From: an uncultured Pseudomonadota bacterium
GTDB taxonomy: Bacteria > Myxococcota_A > Polyangia > Fen-1088
Assembly (NCBI GenBank): GCA_963723305.1
Contig: CAVRRT010000088.1
Coordinates: forward strand, 19,514 to 83,513
Direction: 5' to 3'
Length of the DNA stretch: 64,000 bases
Both the position numbers and the translations under genes were made by a program. Below are positions 1-9,837 of the stretch, piece by piece. The stretch's first letter is position 1; every line of letters starts with the position of its first letter. A model generated the notes under the pieces. That model was not told the origin of the DNA. It saw only the letters and a list, made by a program, of their open reading frames with translations, and ran no database searches.

Positions 1-577
1 TCCGCTCGGCGGTGTCCAGGTCCTTCAGCTGAAACTGCGCGAACCCGCGCCGCCCCATCGCCTCGATCTTGTCGTCGGCGGTCAGATCCTTCCGCTCCAG
101 GATCTGGGCGAACGTCGTGGCGGAGGTGGGCCAGTTCCCCATCTCGGCGTAGCAGGCGCCGATCTGAAACTGCGCGTCCTTGGCGTCCGAGCTCTCGGGG
201 TGCTCCGTCGCCAGCCGCTGGAACCGGGCGATGGCGGTCTGCCAGTCCTTGGTCCCCTCGTAGGCCAGCCCCCCGTTGTAGAGGGCGGCCTTGGTGAAGC
301 GCGTGTCGGGGAACTCCTTGAGCAGCTGGTCGTAGTCGCGCGCGGCGTCGGCCGGCCGCTTGGCCGACAGCGCGGCTCCTGCCCGCTCGAAGAGCTCGGT
401 CACGTCGTAGGTCTCGAGGTGCGTGCCGTCGGGCCCCTTGACCGCGGCGATCTTGATGGGGTCCATCTCGATCTGCTCGACCGGCGCCCCCGGCGGCACG
501 ATGGTGACGTCGTTCTTCCCCTTGCCGGCGCAGGCGGCGAGCAGCGTCAGCGGAACCACCCAGAGTCGTCTCGTCAT
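1..577 (-). CDS. TPR-repeat lipoprotein (BamD/CpoB-like helical repeats), runs off the left edge of the window
   Basis: Read manually on the minus strand from ATG 577: MTRRLWVVPLTLLAAC (lipobox LAAC), then TPR-like helices (ARDYDQLLKEFPDTRFTKAALYNGGLAYE; AKDAQFQIGACYAEMGNW). Absent from the ORF track because its stop lies outside the window. Confidence 0.8.
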   Translation of the reverse strand, partial: MTRRLWVVPLTLLAACAGKGKNDVTIVPPGAPVEQIEMDPIKIAAVKGPDGTHLETYDVTELFERAGAALSAKRPADAARDYDQLLKEFPDTRFTKAALYNGGLAYEGTKDWQTAIARFQRLATEHPESSDAKDAQFQIGACYAEMGNWPTSATTFAQILERKDLTADDKIEAMGRRGFAQFQLKDLDTAER

Positions 578-727
578 CGGGAGCCCCTCTCGTCAGTTTT
601 AAGGACAACGCTGAGGCCCGCCAGGTTCCATCGAAGCTGCGCCGTTGCGCGGATTCGCCTGGTTTGGCCGGATCGGCCTGGAATTGGCGGTTGAAAGCGG
701 CCAGACGGTCGTGCCACGGTGGTCGGG

Positions 728-1244
728 ATGCCGACCAGGGAGCTGATTTCCCCCACCGCCATCGCCGAGCGGGTCGCCGAGATGGGGGCCGAGATCGACG
801 CTCGCCTCCCGCCAGGGCCGCTGACCGTGGTCGGGGTGCTGCGCGGCGCCTTCGTCTTCATGGCCGATCTGGTGCGGGCCATTCCACGCCAGCTGACCTG
901 CGACTTTCTCGGGGTGCGCAGCTACGGCGACGCCACCGTCTCCTCGGGCGTCGTCGAGATCACCAGCGATCTCGGTGGCCCCGATCGCCGGCCGCCACGT
1001 CCTGCTGGTGGAGGACATCGTCGACACCGGCCTCACGCTCCGCTATCTGCTCGACCTCCTGCGCGCCCGCGGCCCGGCCAGCGTTCATGTCTGCGCCTTG
1101 CTGGCCAAGCCCGCGCACACCACCACCGGCGCGGCGCTCGACTTCGTCGGCTTCCTGGCGCCCGACGCCTTCGTGGTCGGCTACGGCCTGGACGCCCGGC
1201 AGCTCTACCGGAACCTGCCCGGGATCTGCGCGCTGGAGGAGTGA
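728..1244 (+). CDS. hpt: Hypoxanthine phosphoribosyltransferase (one frameshift near 972)
   Basis: N-half in ORF 719..1282 (VGVLRGAFVFMADL, SYG); C-half in ORF 975..1244 with the PRPP-binding motif VLLVEDIVDTGLTL and FVVGYGLD..YRNLP. Confidence 0.92.
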
Positions 1245-1292
1245 GGCGCGCCGGGCGGCGGCCGGTGGCCAGGCCCCGGTGACCTCCGCCGC

Positions 1293-2333
1293 CTAGCGAT
1301 TCTTCTTCCGTCGGTCGAGCTCTTCCTTGAGCCGGACCTTGATGCCGTTGTAGCGCTGCAAGAACTCGAAGTGCTTCTGGCGGAAGGCCTGCAGGTAGCG
1401 CCGCTCGTGCGCCTTCTGCTTGAGCGCCTCGCGGATCTCGCCGAGGGGCCCCACCAGCTGCCCCGCCTCTGCGTAGCTGCCGACCAGGGTCATCACCCGT
1501 CCGGCGTCGATCAGCTTCACCTCGCCGGTGCGCCCACTCTTGCCGGGCGGGCTGTAGAGCAGCGTCAAGACGTCGGGGGCGCCCGACTTGACGGTGTTGA
1601 CGACCATGCTCCCTGGCAGATCCGGCAGGTCCTCTTTGACGATGACGATCTGGGGACGCGTCTGGGTGACGACGTCGAGCGCCTCCCCGCCCGAGAGCGC
1701 CGCGCGGAACTGCCACCCCTCGGCCGCCGTCAGCACCTGCTCCAGCTTCTCGATCGCTGTCGGGTCGTCGTCGACGACGACCACGCTCACGTGCCCCAGG
1801 CTGGTCGCGTCGTCCGCGGTCCGCCCCGAGGCGCGGTCCTCGAGGTCGAGCAGCTCGTGCGAGACCTCGCGCAGCCGCCGCAGGAACTCCTCGTGCGTCT
1901 CGGCGACCTCCTCGAGCAGACTGTTGCGGTCGGCGGTCGCCTTGATGTCGCCGGCGGCCTCGATCACCCGCTCGCGCAGGTAGGGGACGACGTCCGGCTC
2001 CTTGAGGACGACGTCGGCCGCGCCGGCGCGGAACGCCCTGACCGCGGTCTCATACGACTTGCGCGCCGTCATGATCACCACCGAGGTGAGCGGAGACTTG
2101 TCGCGCGCGAACTGCAAGAGCTCGATGCCGCCGCCCGGCGTGGGCGTGTCGGCGTCGACCAGCGCCACGGCGTAAAACTTGTTCAGCAGCTGGTCGCGCG
2201 CCCTGACCGGATCGTGGGTGCCGGTGACGATCAACCCGACCTTGGTCAGCAGCCGATCGAGCCCCTTGACGACTTGCTCGTCGGCGTCGACGACCAGGAC
2301 CTCTTGCCCGGCGGCGGCGGGTTGATTAGCCAC
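1293..2333 (-). CDS. Response regulator-like protein: receiver, coiled coil, atypical second receiver, coiled coil; no output domain
   Basis: REC1 has VLVVDAD, ALVD, IMTA and LKEP. REC2 has VVVVDDDP but IVIVKEDLP at the acceptor position. Confidence 0.8.
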   Translation of the reverse strand: MANQPAAAGQEVLVVDADEQVVKGLDRLLTKVGLIVTGTHDPVRARDQLLNKFYAVALVDADTPTPGGGIELLQFARDKSPLTSVVIMTARKSYETAVRAFRAGAADVVLKEPDVVPYLRERVIEAAGDIKATADRNSLLEEVAETHEEFLRRLREVSHELLDLEDRASGRTADDATSLGHVSVVVVDDDPTAIEKLEQVLTAAEGWQFRAALSGGEALDVVTQTRPQIVIVKEDLPDLPGSMVVNTVKSGAPDVLTLLYSPPGKSGRTGEVKLIDAGRVMTLVGSYAEAGQLVGPLGEIREALKQKAHERRYLQAFRQKHFEFLQRYNGIKVRLKEELDRRKKNR

Positions 2334-2433
2334 GTTACGGAGAACTTACCCCGGCGCTCGGTCACGCATCAAGCGAACCGGCCCGGCGAGCTGGTACTCT
2401 TGTTGAAAATTGGGAATCGCGAGGGCATCCGAC

Positions 2434-3459
2434 GTGGACTCTTTCTTCGACAGAGCGCTGCTGGCGGCGCGGCGGCTGGGCGCCTCGGACGTTCATCTGA
2501 AGCCGGGGCTGGCCCCGATTCTCCGGATCGCGGGCGAGCTGCGCACGCTGAGCGACGTCCCCCCGCTGTCGCGCGAGTTCCTCCACAGCCTGGGCCTCTC
2601 GCTGCTGAACGATCGCCGGCGCGAGACCCTGGAGCGAACGGGCGACGTGATCGTCGCGCTGGCCACCAGCAACGGCGGGCGGCAGCGGGCGCACCTCTTT
2701 CACCACCGCGGGGGCCTCAGCCTGGCGCTCCGCCTGATCCCGCCCGAGGTCCCGGCGTTCGACACGCTGGGGCTGCCGGCCGAGGCGCGCCAGCTGACCG
2801 AGCCGGGCGCCGGCCTGGTGATCGTGGCCGCCGGCCCGGGACAGGGCAAGACCACCACGCTGGCCGCGCTCGTGGAGAGCGTCACCGCGCGGCGCCCCTG
2901 CCGCGTCCTGACCATCGAGGACCCGGTCGAGTACCTGCTGAGGGACCGCCAGGGGGTGGTCGTCCAGCGAGAGGTGGGGACCGACGTCCCCTCGACCGTA
3001 GCGGCGCTCCGGGCGATGAGCCGGCAGGACGTCGACGTCCTGGTCATCGGCGATCTCGGCGACCCGGAGGCGGCGCGGCTGGCGATCGAGGCGGTCGAGA
3101 CGGGGCGGCTGGTCATCGCAGGATTGGCTGCGACGAGCGTTGCCCAGAGCGTTGCGCGGCTGACCGCGGGGCCCGGCGACGAGCACGAGCCGCTTCCGCG
3201 CGGGCGGGTCGCCGCCGCCCTGCGCGGCCTCATCGTCCAGCGGCTGGTCTCGACCGCCGGCGGGAAGGGGCGCCGGCCGGCCGGGACGCTGCTGCGGGTC
3301 GCCCCGGAAACGCGGGAGCGCCTCGCCGACGGGAGCGCCTCGCTCGAGACGCCCGAGCTGCCTGGCAGCCTGGCGTTCGAGCCCCCGGCCGAGCCGCCCC
3401 GAAAGCGGCGCGCAGGAGAAACGCGCACGGCTGTTGAGGACGACGCCGCGGACGACTAG
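2434..3459 (+). CDS. PilT/PilU-family ATPase paralogue with degenerate motifs
   Basis: ASDVHL, Walker [10 protein letters not shown], Asp box [13 protein letters not shown]. Walker B and His box are altered. GAGGG RBS-like sequence precedes GTG 2434. Confidence 0.85.
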   Translation: MDSFFDRALLAARRLGASDVHLKPGLAPILRIAGELRTLSDVPPLSREFLHSLGLSLLNDRRRETLERTGDVIVALATSNGGRQRAHLFHHRGGLSLALRLIPPEVPAFDTLGLPAEARQLTEPGAGLVIVAAGPGQGKTTTLAALVESVTARRPCRVLTIEDPVEYLLRDRQGVVVQREVGTDVPSTVAALRAMSRQDVDVLVIGDLGDPEAARLAIEAVETGRLVIAGLAATSVAQSVARLTAGPGDEHEPLPRGRVAAALRGLIVQRLVSTAGGKGRRPAGTLLRVAPETRERLADGSASLETPELPGSLAFEPPAEPPRKRRAGETRTAVEDDAADD

Positions 3460-3473
3460 TCTTCGCTCCCCCC

Positions 3474-6159
3474 ATGTCCTCACAGCCGTCCCTTCCCTCT
3501 TCCGTCCCCGCCCTGTCGCTCGACGCGCGCCGCGCCTTTCTCGACTACTTCGCCCAGCGCGGCCACCAGGAGACGCCGAGCGCGTCGCTGGTTCCGGAGA
3601 ACGATCCGACGTTGCTCTTCACCAACGCCGGGATGAACCAGTTCAAGGACTTCTTCACCGGCAAGGCCAAGACCACGTTCTCGCGCGCCACCAGCTCGCA
3701 GAAGTGCGTCCGCGCCGGCGGCAAGCACAACGACCTGGATAACGTCGGCCGCACCGCCCGCCACCAGACGTTCTTCGAGATGCTGGGGAACTTCTCGTTC
3801 GGCGACTACTTCAAGGCCGACGCCATCGCCTTCGCGCACGAGCTGCTGACCAAGACCTACGCCATCGACGCCGCCCGGCTCGTCTACACGGTGCACGAGA
3901 CCGACGACGAAGCGCGCGCGCTCTGGAAGAGGATCGCGGGCGTGGGCGACGATCGCGTCGTCGGCCTGGGCGACAAGGACAACTTCTGGGCCATGGGCGA
4001 GACCGGCCCCTGCGGCCCCTGCAGCGAGATCCACTACCTGCAGGGCGCCGAGATCCACTGCGCCGTGGAGACGGCCGGCGGACATTGTCAGGGCCCGGCC
4101 TGCGACTGCGACCGCTGGGTGGAGATCTGGAACCTGGTCTTCATGCAGTTCGAGCAGGTGGCGCCGGGTGATCGCCGCCCGCTGCCGAAGCCGTCGGTCG
4201 ACACCGGCATGGGGCTCGAACGGCTGTGCGCGGTCTTGCAGGGCGTGCGCTCCAACTACGAGACGGATCTGTCTGCGTCCGCTCATCGATCCGAACCGCC
4301 GATCTGTCGAACAGGAGATTCGACGCCCACCGACTACCAGTGGAGCGAGCGTCTCGCTGCGCGCCATCGCCGACCACGCCCGCGCGGCGGCTTTCTTGAT
4401 CGCCGACGGCGTCTTCCCCGACAAGACCGGGCGCGAGTACGTGCTGCGGCGGATCATGCGGCGGGCGGTCTATCACGGCTGGCTCCTGGGCATCAAAGAG
4501 CCGTTCCTCGACGCACTGGCGGCCGACGTGGTGATGAAGATGGGCGGCGTGTATCCCGCGCTCGCCGAGCGCGCCAGCCTGATCGCCAAGATCACGCGCG
4601 AGGAGGAGGTGCGCTTCCGCGAGACGCTGGAGCGCGGCGTGCGCCTCCTCGACGAGAAGGTCTTTGCGGCGGGCGGCGGCACCAAGGAGATCCCCGGCGC
4701 GACCGCGTTCATGCTCTATGACACCTACGGTTTCCCCCTCGATCTGACCCGCGTGATCGCCGAGCAACACCACTACCGCGTTGACGAGGCCGGCTTCGCG
4801 CGCGCCATGGACGAGCAGCGCCGGCGCAGCGAGTTCCAGGGCTCGGGCGAGGTGGCGGTGGCGGCGGTGTTCCAGCAGATTGCCGACCGCGTCGGCCCGA
4901 CGAAGTTCCTCGGCTACGACAAGACGACCGCCTCGTCGAAGGTCGTGGCGCTCATCGCCGACGGCAAGGAGGTCGACACCGTCGGTCCGTACTCCAAGGA
5001 TGTCGCGGTGATCGTCGGCGAGACACCGTTCTATGGCGAGCAAGGCGGACAGATCGGCGACGCCGGGACGATGACCTCGCCCAAGGCCCGCCTGGCGGTG
5101 CGCGACTCCAAGCGGCCGGTGGCGACGCTGTGGGTCCACTTCGCCGAGGTGGAGAGCGGCGAGCTGCACGTCGGCGACACCGTCGAGCTGACCGTCGACG
5201 TCGAGCGGCGGGACGACATCCGCCGCAACCACTCGGCGACCCACCTGCTCCACTGGGCGCTCCGCCACGTGCTCGGCGCCCACGTGACGCAAAAGGGCTC
5301 GCTGGTGGCCCCCGATCGCCTGCGCTTCGACTTCTCCCACACCTCGCCGCTCACCGACGAGGAGAAGCAGAAGGTCGAGGATCTGGTCAACGCGCGCGTG
5401 CGCAAGAACGTGGCCACCGACACCGCCGTGCTCCCCATCGCGGAGGCCAAGCAGGCCGGCGCCATCGCCTTCTTCGGCGAGAAGTACGGCGACACGGTGC
5501 GCGTCGTGACGATGGGCGAATCGAAGGAGTTCTGCGGCGGCACGCACGTCGCGCGCACCGGCGACATCGCGCTCTTCAAGCTGACCGAGGAGACCGGCGT
5601 CGCGCAGGGGGTGCGGCGCATCGAGGCCGCCACCGGCGCCGGGGCGCTCGCCCACGTGCGGAGGATGGAGACCGAGCTCCTCGAATCGAGCCGTTTGTTG
5701 CGCGCCGGCGAGTTCGAGGTCGCCGCCCGCATCAGCAAGCTGCAGGGGGACCAGCGGGCGCTGGAAAAGGAGCTCGAGAAGCTGCGCCGCAAGCTCGCCT
5801 CGGGCGGCGGCCGCGACCTCCTCTCCGAGGCGCGCGAGGTGAACGGCGTGCGCGTGCTGGCGACCCGCGCCGACGTCGCCGATCCGAAGGCGTTGCGCGA
5901 GGTCGCCGATCAGCTGCGCGACAAGCTGGGGTCGGGCGTGATCGTTCTGGCCGGCGTCGAAGGGGACAAGATCGCACTGGTGGCGATGGTGTCGCCCGAC
6001 CTCATCGGCAAGCACCACGCCGGCAAGATCGTCGGCGAGGTGGCCAAGGCCGTCGGCGGCAAGGGGGGCGGTCGCCCTGACATGGCACAGGGAGGCGGCT
6101 CCGATCCAACCGCGCTCGACGCGGCGCTGGCCCGCGTGATCGATCTCGTCCGTGGTTGA
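3474..6159 (+). CDS. alaS: Alanine--tRNA ligase (frameshifts around 4270-4340)
   Basis: [41 protein letters not shown] and DTGMGLER in ORF 3474..4721; [16 protein letters not shown] and [15 protein letters not shown] in ORF 4168..6159. Confidence 0.97.
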
Positions 6160-7147
6160 GCGCGGCGCCGCCACGTCGTTCGAGCTCGACGCGGCCGACG
6201 CGGGGGTCACGCTGGCCGCGGCCCTGCGGCGTCGGCTGGCCGGGAAGAGCTGGACCGAGGTGCGGACGCTCTGCTCGACCGGCAAGGTCAGCCTCGACGG
6301 CGAGCGGGAGCTCGATCCGGCCGTCCGCGTGAGCGCCGGCCAGAAGATCGAGCTCCGTCCCAACGCCCCCAAACCGATGACCGTCCCGGCCGGGTTCCGG
6401 ATCGTCCTCGAGGACGTCCACCTGGTGGTGATCGAAAAGCCGTCGGGGATCTCCAGCGTCCCCTACGAGCGCAAGGAGACCGGCACCGCGCTCGATCTGA
6501 TCCGCGCCACCTGGAAGCGGGCCGGCAAGCGCGCCACGGCGACGCCGCTCTACACCGTCCACCGGATCGACAAGGACACCTCGGGGCTCCTCGTCTTCGC
6601 CAAGACGAAGCTCGCCGAGCGCGGGCTGCACGAGATCTTCCAGCGCCACACCGCCGCGCGCGCCTACCTGGCCGTCGCCGAGGGGGACGTGGGGGCGGTG
6701 CGCATCGAATCGCAGCTCGTCGCCGACCGCGGCGACGGCATCCGCGGCTCGACCCGGAACCCGCAGCACGAAGCCGGACAGCTGGCCATCACCTATGTCG
6801 AACCGCTCAAGCACTACGCGCGGAAATCGCGCGCCGCGGCCGGGCCTGCGGGAGCGATCGTCGCTACACTTTGCCGCGTGCGCCTCGAGACCGGACGAAC
6901 CCATCAGATCCGCATCCACCTCTCCGAGCGCGGCCATCCGCTGGTCGGCGAGACGGTCTACATTCGCGATCTCCTGCGCGCCGGCCGGCAGCCGCTGCCG
7001 GCGCCCCGCCTGATGTTACACGCGGCGCTGCTCGGCTTCGACCATCCGGTGACGGGCGCGCCGATCGAGCTGCGCGCCACGCCGCCGGAGGACTTCATGC
7101 AGGTGATCGAATCGCTGGGGGGTGCCCGTGGCGACTGCCGGCTCTGA
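6152..7147 (+). CDS. RluA/RluD-family pseudouridine synthase with N-terminal S4-like domain
   Basis: HRIDKDTSGLL catalytic motif, LETGRTHQIRIH, LMLHA; start overlaps the alaS stop. Confidence 0.93.
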   Translation: MVERGAATSFELDAADAGVTLAAALRRRLAGKSWTEVRTLCSTGKVSLDGERELDPAVRVSAGQKIELRPNAPKPMTVPAGFRIVLEDVHLVVIEKPSGISSVPYERKETGTALDLIRATWKRAGKRATATPLYTVHRIDKDTSGLLVFAKTKLAERGLHEIFQRHTAARAYLAVAEGDVGAVRIESQLVADRGDGIRGSTRNPQHEAGQLAITYVEPLKHYARKSRAAAGPAGAIVATLCRVRLETGRTHQIRIHLSERGHPLVGETVYIRDLLRAGRQPLPAPRLMLHAALLGFDHPVTGAPIELRATPPEDFMQVIESLGGARGDCRL

Positions 7148-7985
7148 CGGCGGCATCAAGTCGGCGCTCGGCGCGGTGGTGGAGGCGATGCGCTCGGCCT
7201 ACGGACCGGCTGCCAAGCGGGCCGCCGACCTCCCCAACGGGGGCCTCGATCCCGCCTTTGTCGATCGGACAGCGCCGCTGCTCGAGTTCCTCTGGTCGCG
7301 CTACTTTCGCGTCCGCCTGCTCGGCATCGAGAACGTCCCCGCCACCGGCGCCGCCATGCTGGTCGGCAACCATTCGGGCGGCATCCCCTACGACGGGGCG
7401 CTGCTTTTGCACGGCGTCCACCGCGACCACCCCTGCCACCGGCGGGTGAGACCGCTGGTGGCGAACTTCGCCTTTCGGGCCGGCTGGATGGCCAACGTCG
7501 TGGCGCGCGTGGGGGGCGTCCGGGCGTCTCGGGAGACGGCCTTACCCCTCCTTGCCGCGGGAGAGCTGATTGCCGTGTTTCCGGAGGGTCTCAAAGGGGT
7601 TGGCAAGCTCTACCGGGAACGTTACAGAATGGCCCGCTTCGGTCGGGGGGGCTTCGCTCGACTGGCCGGTGAGGCACAGGTGCCCCTCCTTCCGGTCGCA
7701 ATCGTCGGCGCTGAGGAGATCCATCCGGTCATCGCGAAACTAACCTCTCTTGCGGAACCTCTTGGGCTGCCTTACATCCCAATTACGCCGACGTTTCCAT
7801 GGCTTGGGCCCCTGGGCCTGCTCCCGGTACCGACCAAATGGACGATACAGATAGGACCACCCATCGAACCGCCATCCGCTGGCGACAGCGCGGGGACCGT
7901 CCGCGTGGCGGAGGTGGTCCGGACGGCGATCGACGGAATGATCGCCGATTTGCTGGTCCAGCGCCGGTCGATTCTTTTCGGTTGA
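7122..7985 (+). CDS. Lysophospholipid/glycerol acyltransferase (PlsC superfamily)
   Basis: NHSGGIPYD (His/Asp motif), VFPEG, FGRGGF, PVAIVGAEE. Confidence 0.9.
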   Translation: MPVATAGSDGGIKSALGAVVEAMRSAYGPAAKRAADLPNGGLDPAFVDRTAPLLEFLWSRYFRVRLLGIENVPATGAAMLVGNHSGGIPYDGALLLHGVHRDHPCHRRVRPLVANFAFRAGWMANVVARVGGVRASRETALPLLAAGELIAVFPEGLKGVGKLYRERYRMARFGRGGFARLAGEAQVPLLPVAIVGAEEIHPVIAKLTSLAEPLGLPYIPITPTFPWLGPLGLLPVPTKWTIQIGPPIEPPSAGDSAGTVRVAEVVRTAIDGMIADLLVQRRSILFG

Positions 7986-8073
7986 CCGCCGGGAAACGTT
8001 TGGCTTCTCGTACGTTATATTCGTGCGGCACTATACAGTTCAGCTATAAACTGGAGGCTTAGCCCCCGGCTTC

Positions 8074-9615
8074 ATGATCGATATCGGGCACACGATCGGG
8101 AACTACAAGATCACCGCCAAGCTCGGAGAGGGGGGCATGGGCGTGGTGTACCTCGCGGAGCACCCGGTCATTGGCAAGAAGGTTGCCATGAAGGCAATCC
8201 ACCCGGAGCTCTCGAAGAACTCCGACGTGGTGTCGCGCTTCATCACCGAGGCCAAGGCGGTCAACCAGATTGGCCACGAGCACATCGTGGACATTGCCGA
8301 CTTCGGCAACACCTCCGACGGCGAGTTCTACTTCGTGATGGAGTACCTGCAGGGCGAGTCCCTGTCGGACCGCCTCAAACGCGAAAAGCGGATTCCGCTG
8401 GGGCAGGCCATGTCGATCAGCGCGCAGATCGCCGACGCGCTGAACGCCTCGCACCAGCAGGGGATCATCCACCGCGACCTCAAGCCGGAGAACATCTTCC
8501 TCTGCCACCGCGGCGCGAACCGCGAGTTCGTCAAGGTGCTCGACTTCGGGCTGGCCAAGCTGACCCAGAACGATCAGAAGGTCACCCACAAGACCCGCAC
8601 CGGCTCGGTGATGGGGACGCCGTATTACATGTCCCCCGAGCAGTGCGAGGGGAAGACCGAGATCGACTACCGCGCCGACATCTATTCGCTGGGCGTGCTG
8701 ATCTTCGAGATGCTGACCGGCAAGGTTCCCTTCGGCGGCGAGGGATACGGCGAGATCATCGTCAAGCACGTGACGATGCCGCCGCCGTCGGTCCGCAGCG
8801 TGGTCCCCGAGCTGCCGGAGTACATGGACTCCATCATGTACCGGGTTCTGGCCAAGGATCGCGAGCAGCGATTCCAGACCATGTCCGACCTGCGCGAAGC
8901 GCTGCTCGATCCGGAGCGCTACGCCAGCTCGGCGCCTGACGTCGGCATCCCCGACGATCTCTCGGGGATCGCCCGGGCCGCGGCGCCGATGGCGCGCGCC
9001 GAGCTGGAGGCGCGCTCCGCGCTCGGGCACCCCTCGCAGATCCTCACGCCGCCGCCGACGGGCGGAACGCCCTCGGGCCGGGGCGAGCTGATCGAGAACA
9101 TCGACAACCTGATCCGGACCAAGCCGGGGAGCCGGCTGGTGCTGCTGCTCGGTCTCGGGTCAGCGACGGTGGCGCTGTTCGCGGTGTTCGGCCGCCACGA
9201 CACCCGGCGCCCGATCCCGGCGGCGAGCATGCCGCTTCATCCGGCGACCGTGCGCGTGAACTTCAACTCCGATCCCGACGGCGCGGTGGTGGCGCGTTCG
9301 GATGGCAAGACCCTGGGTCTGACGCCGCTGTCGATCGAGATCCCCTACAGCGATTCAGCGGTGGAGTATCAGTTCAAGAAATCGGGCTACGAGCCCAAGA
9401 CGATGTACGTCGTCCCCAACCTCCCCTCACCGCTCTTCGCGACGCTGCGGCGCGCGGACATCGAGCCCGCGTCCGTCGAGGGGGCCGGTGGCTCGGTCGG
9501 AGAGGCCAAGGCTGCTTTGAATCGCCCGCATCGCTCGCACGCCGCCGCGCCTCAGGCACCGATCCGTCCCCAAAAAGACGACGAAGACGGCGTCCTCGAG
9601 CCCAGCATCCGTTAA
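8074..9615 (+). CDS. Hanks-type Ser/Thr kinase with TM helix and C-terminal PEGA-like domain
   Basis: GEGGMGVVY, VAMK, HRDLKPEN, DFG, GTPYYMSPE; TM LVLLLGLGSATVALFAVF; PEGA-like SDPDGAVV..LGLTPL..KKSGYEP. Confidence 0.95.
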   Translation: MIDIGHTIGNYKITAKLGEGGMGVVYLAEHPVIGKKVAMKAIHPELSKNSDVVSRFITEAKAVNQIGHEHIVDIADFGNTSDGEFYFVMEYLQGESLSDRLKREKRIPLGQAMSISAQIADALNASHQQGIIHRDLKPENIFLCHRGANREFVKVLDFGLAKLTQNDQKVTHKTRTGSVMGTPYYMSPEQCEGKTEIDYRADIYSLGVLIFEMLTGKVPFGGEGYGEIIVKHVTMPPPSVRSVVPELPEYMDSIMYRVLAKDREQRFQTMSDLREALLDPERYASSAPDVGIPDDLSGIARAAAPMARAELEARSALGHPSQILTPPPTGGTPSGRGELIENIDNLIRTKPGSRLVLLLGLGSATVALFAVFGRHDTRRPIPAASMPLHPATVRVNFNSDPDGAVVARSDGKTLGLTPLSIEIPYSDSAVEYQFKKSGYEPKTMYVVPNLPSPLFATLRRADIEPASVEGAGGSVGEAKAALNRPHRSHAAAPQAPIRPQKDDEDGVLEPSIR

Positions 9616-9617
9616 CA

Positions 9618-9829
9618 CAGGAACCCTGGGAGGGTTCCTGCGACCTCGCGCGATGAGGTCGTACGAGCGAAGCTCGCCCGACCTCGAAGCGGACAACGAA
9701 TCAGGACCCGATCCGATCAGTTGATCGGAGGCGGGCTCTGCCCGCCGGAGACTTGCGGGCCGAGGAGATCCGGGGTCGAGCTCATCTGATCCGTCGGGGT
9801 GGGCCCGTGGGAGGGGCGAAGCCCCTCCC
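9618..9829. repeat. Cluster of six GC-rich inverted repeats between convergent genes (terminator/REP-like)
   Basis: Stems at 9618-9640, 9642-9660, 9664-9676, 9712-9729, 9730-9746 and 9809-9829; two close on GCGAAGC. Confidence 0.65.
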
Positions 9830-9837
9830 GCGCGCGC

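Noticed and set aside
3474-6159. Split alaS, hpt, glnD and gshB-like genes as pseudogenes or programmed frameshifts
   Set aside because: Core genes with intact motifs on both sides, no consistent slippery sequence, and indels spread throughout the window; sequencing error is the simpler explanation.
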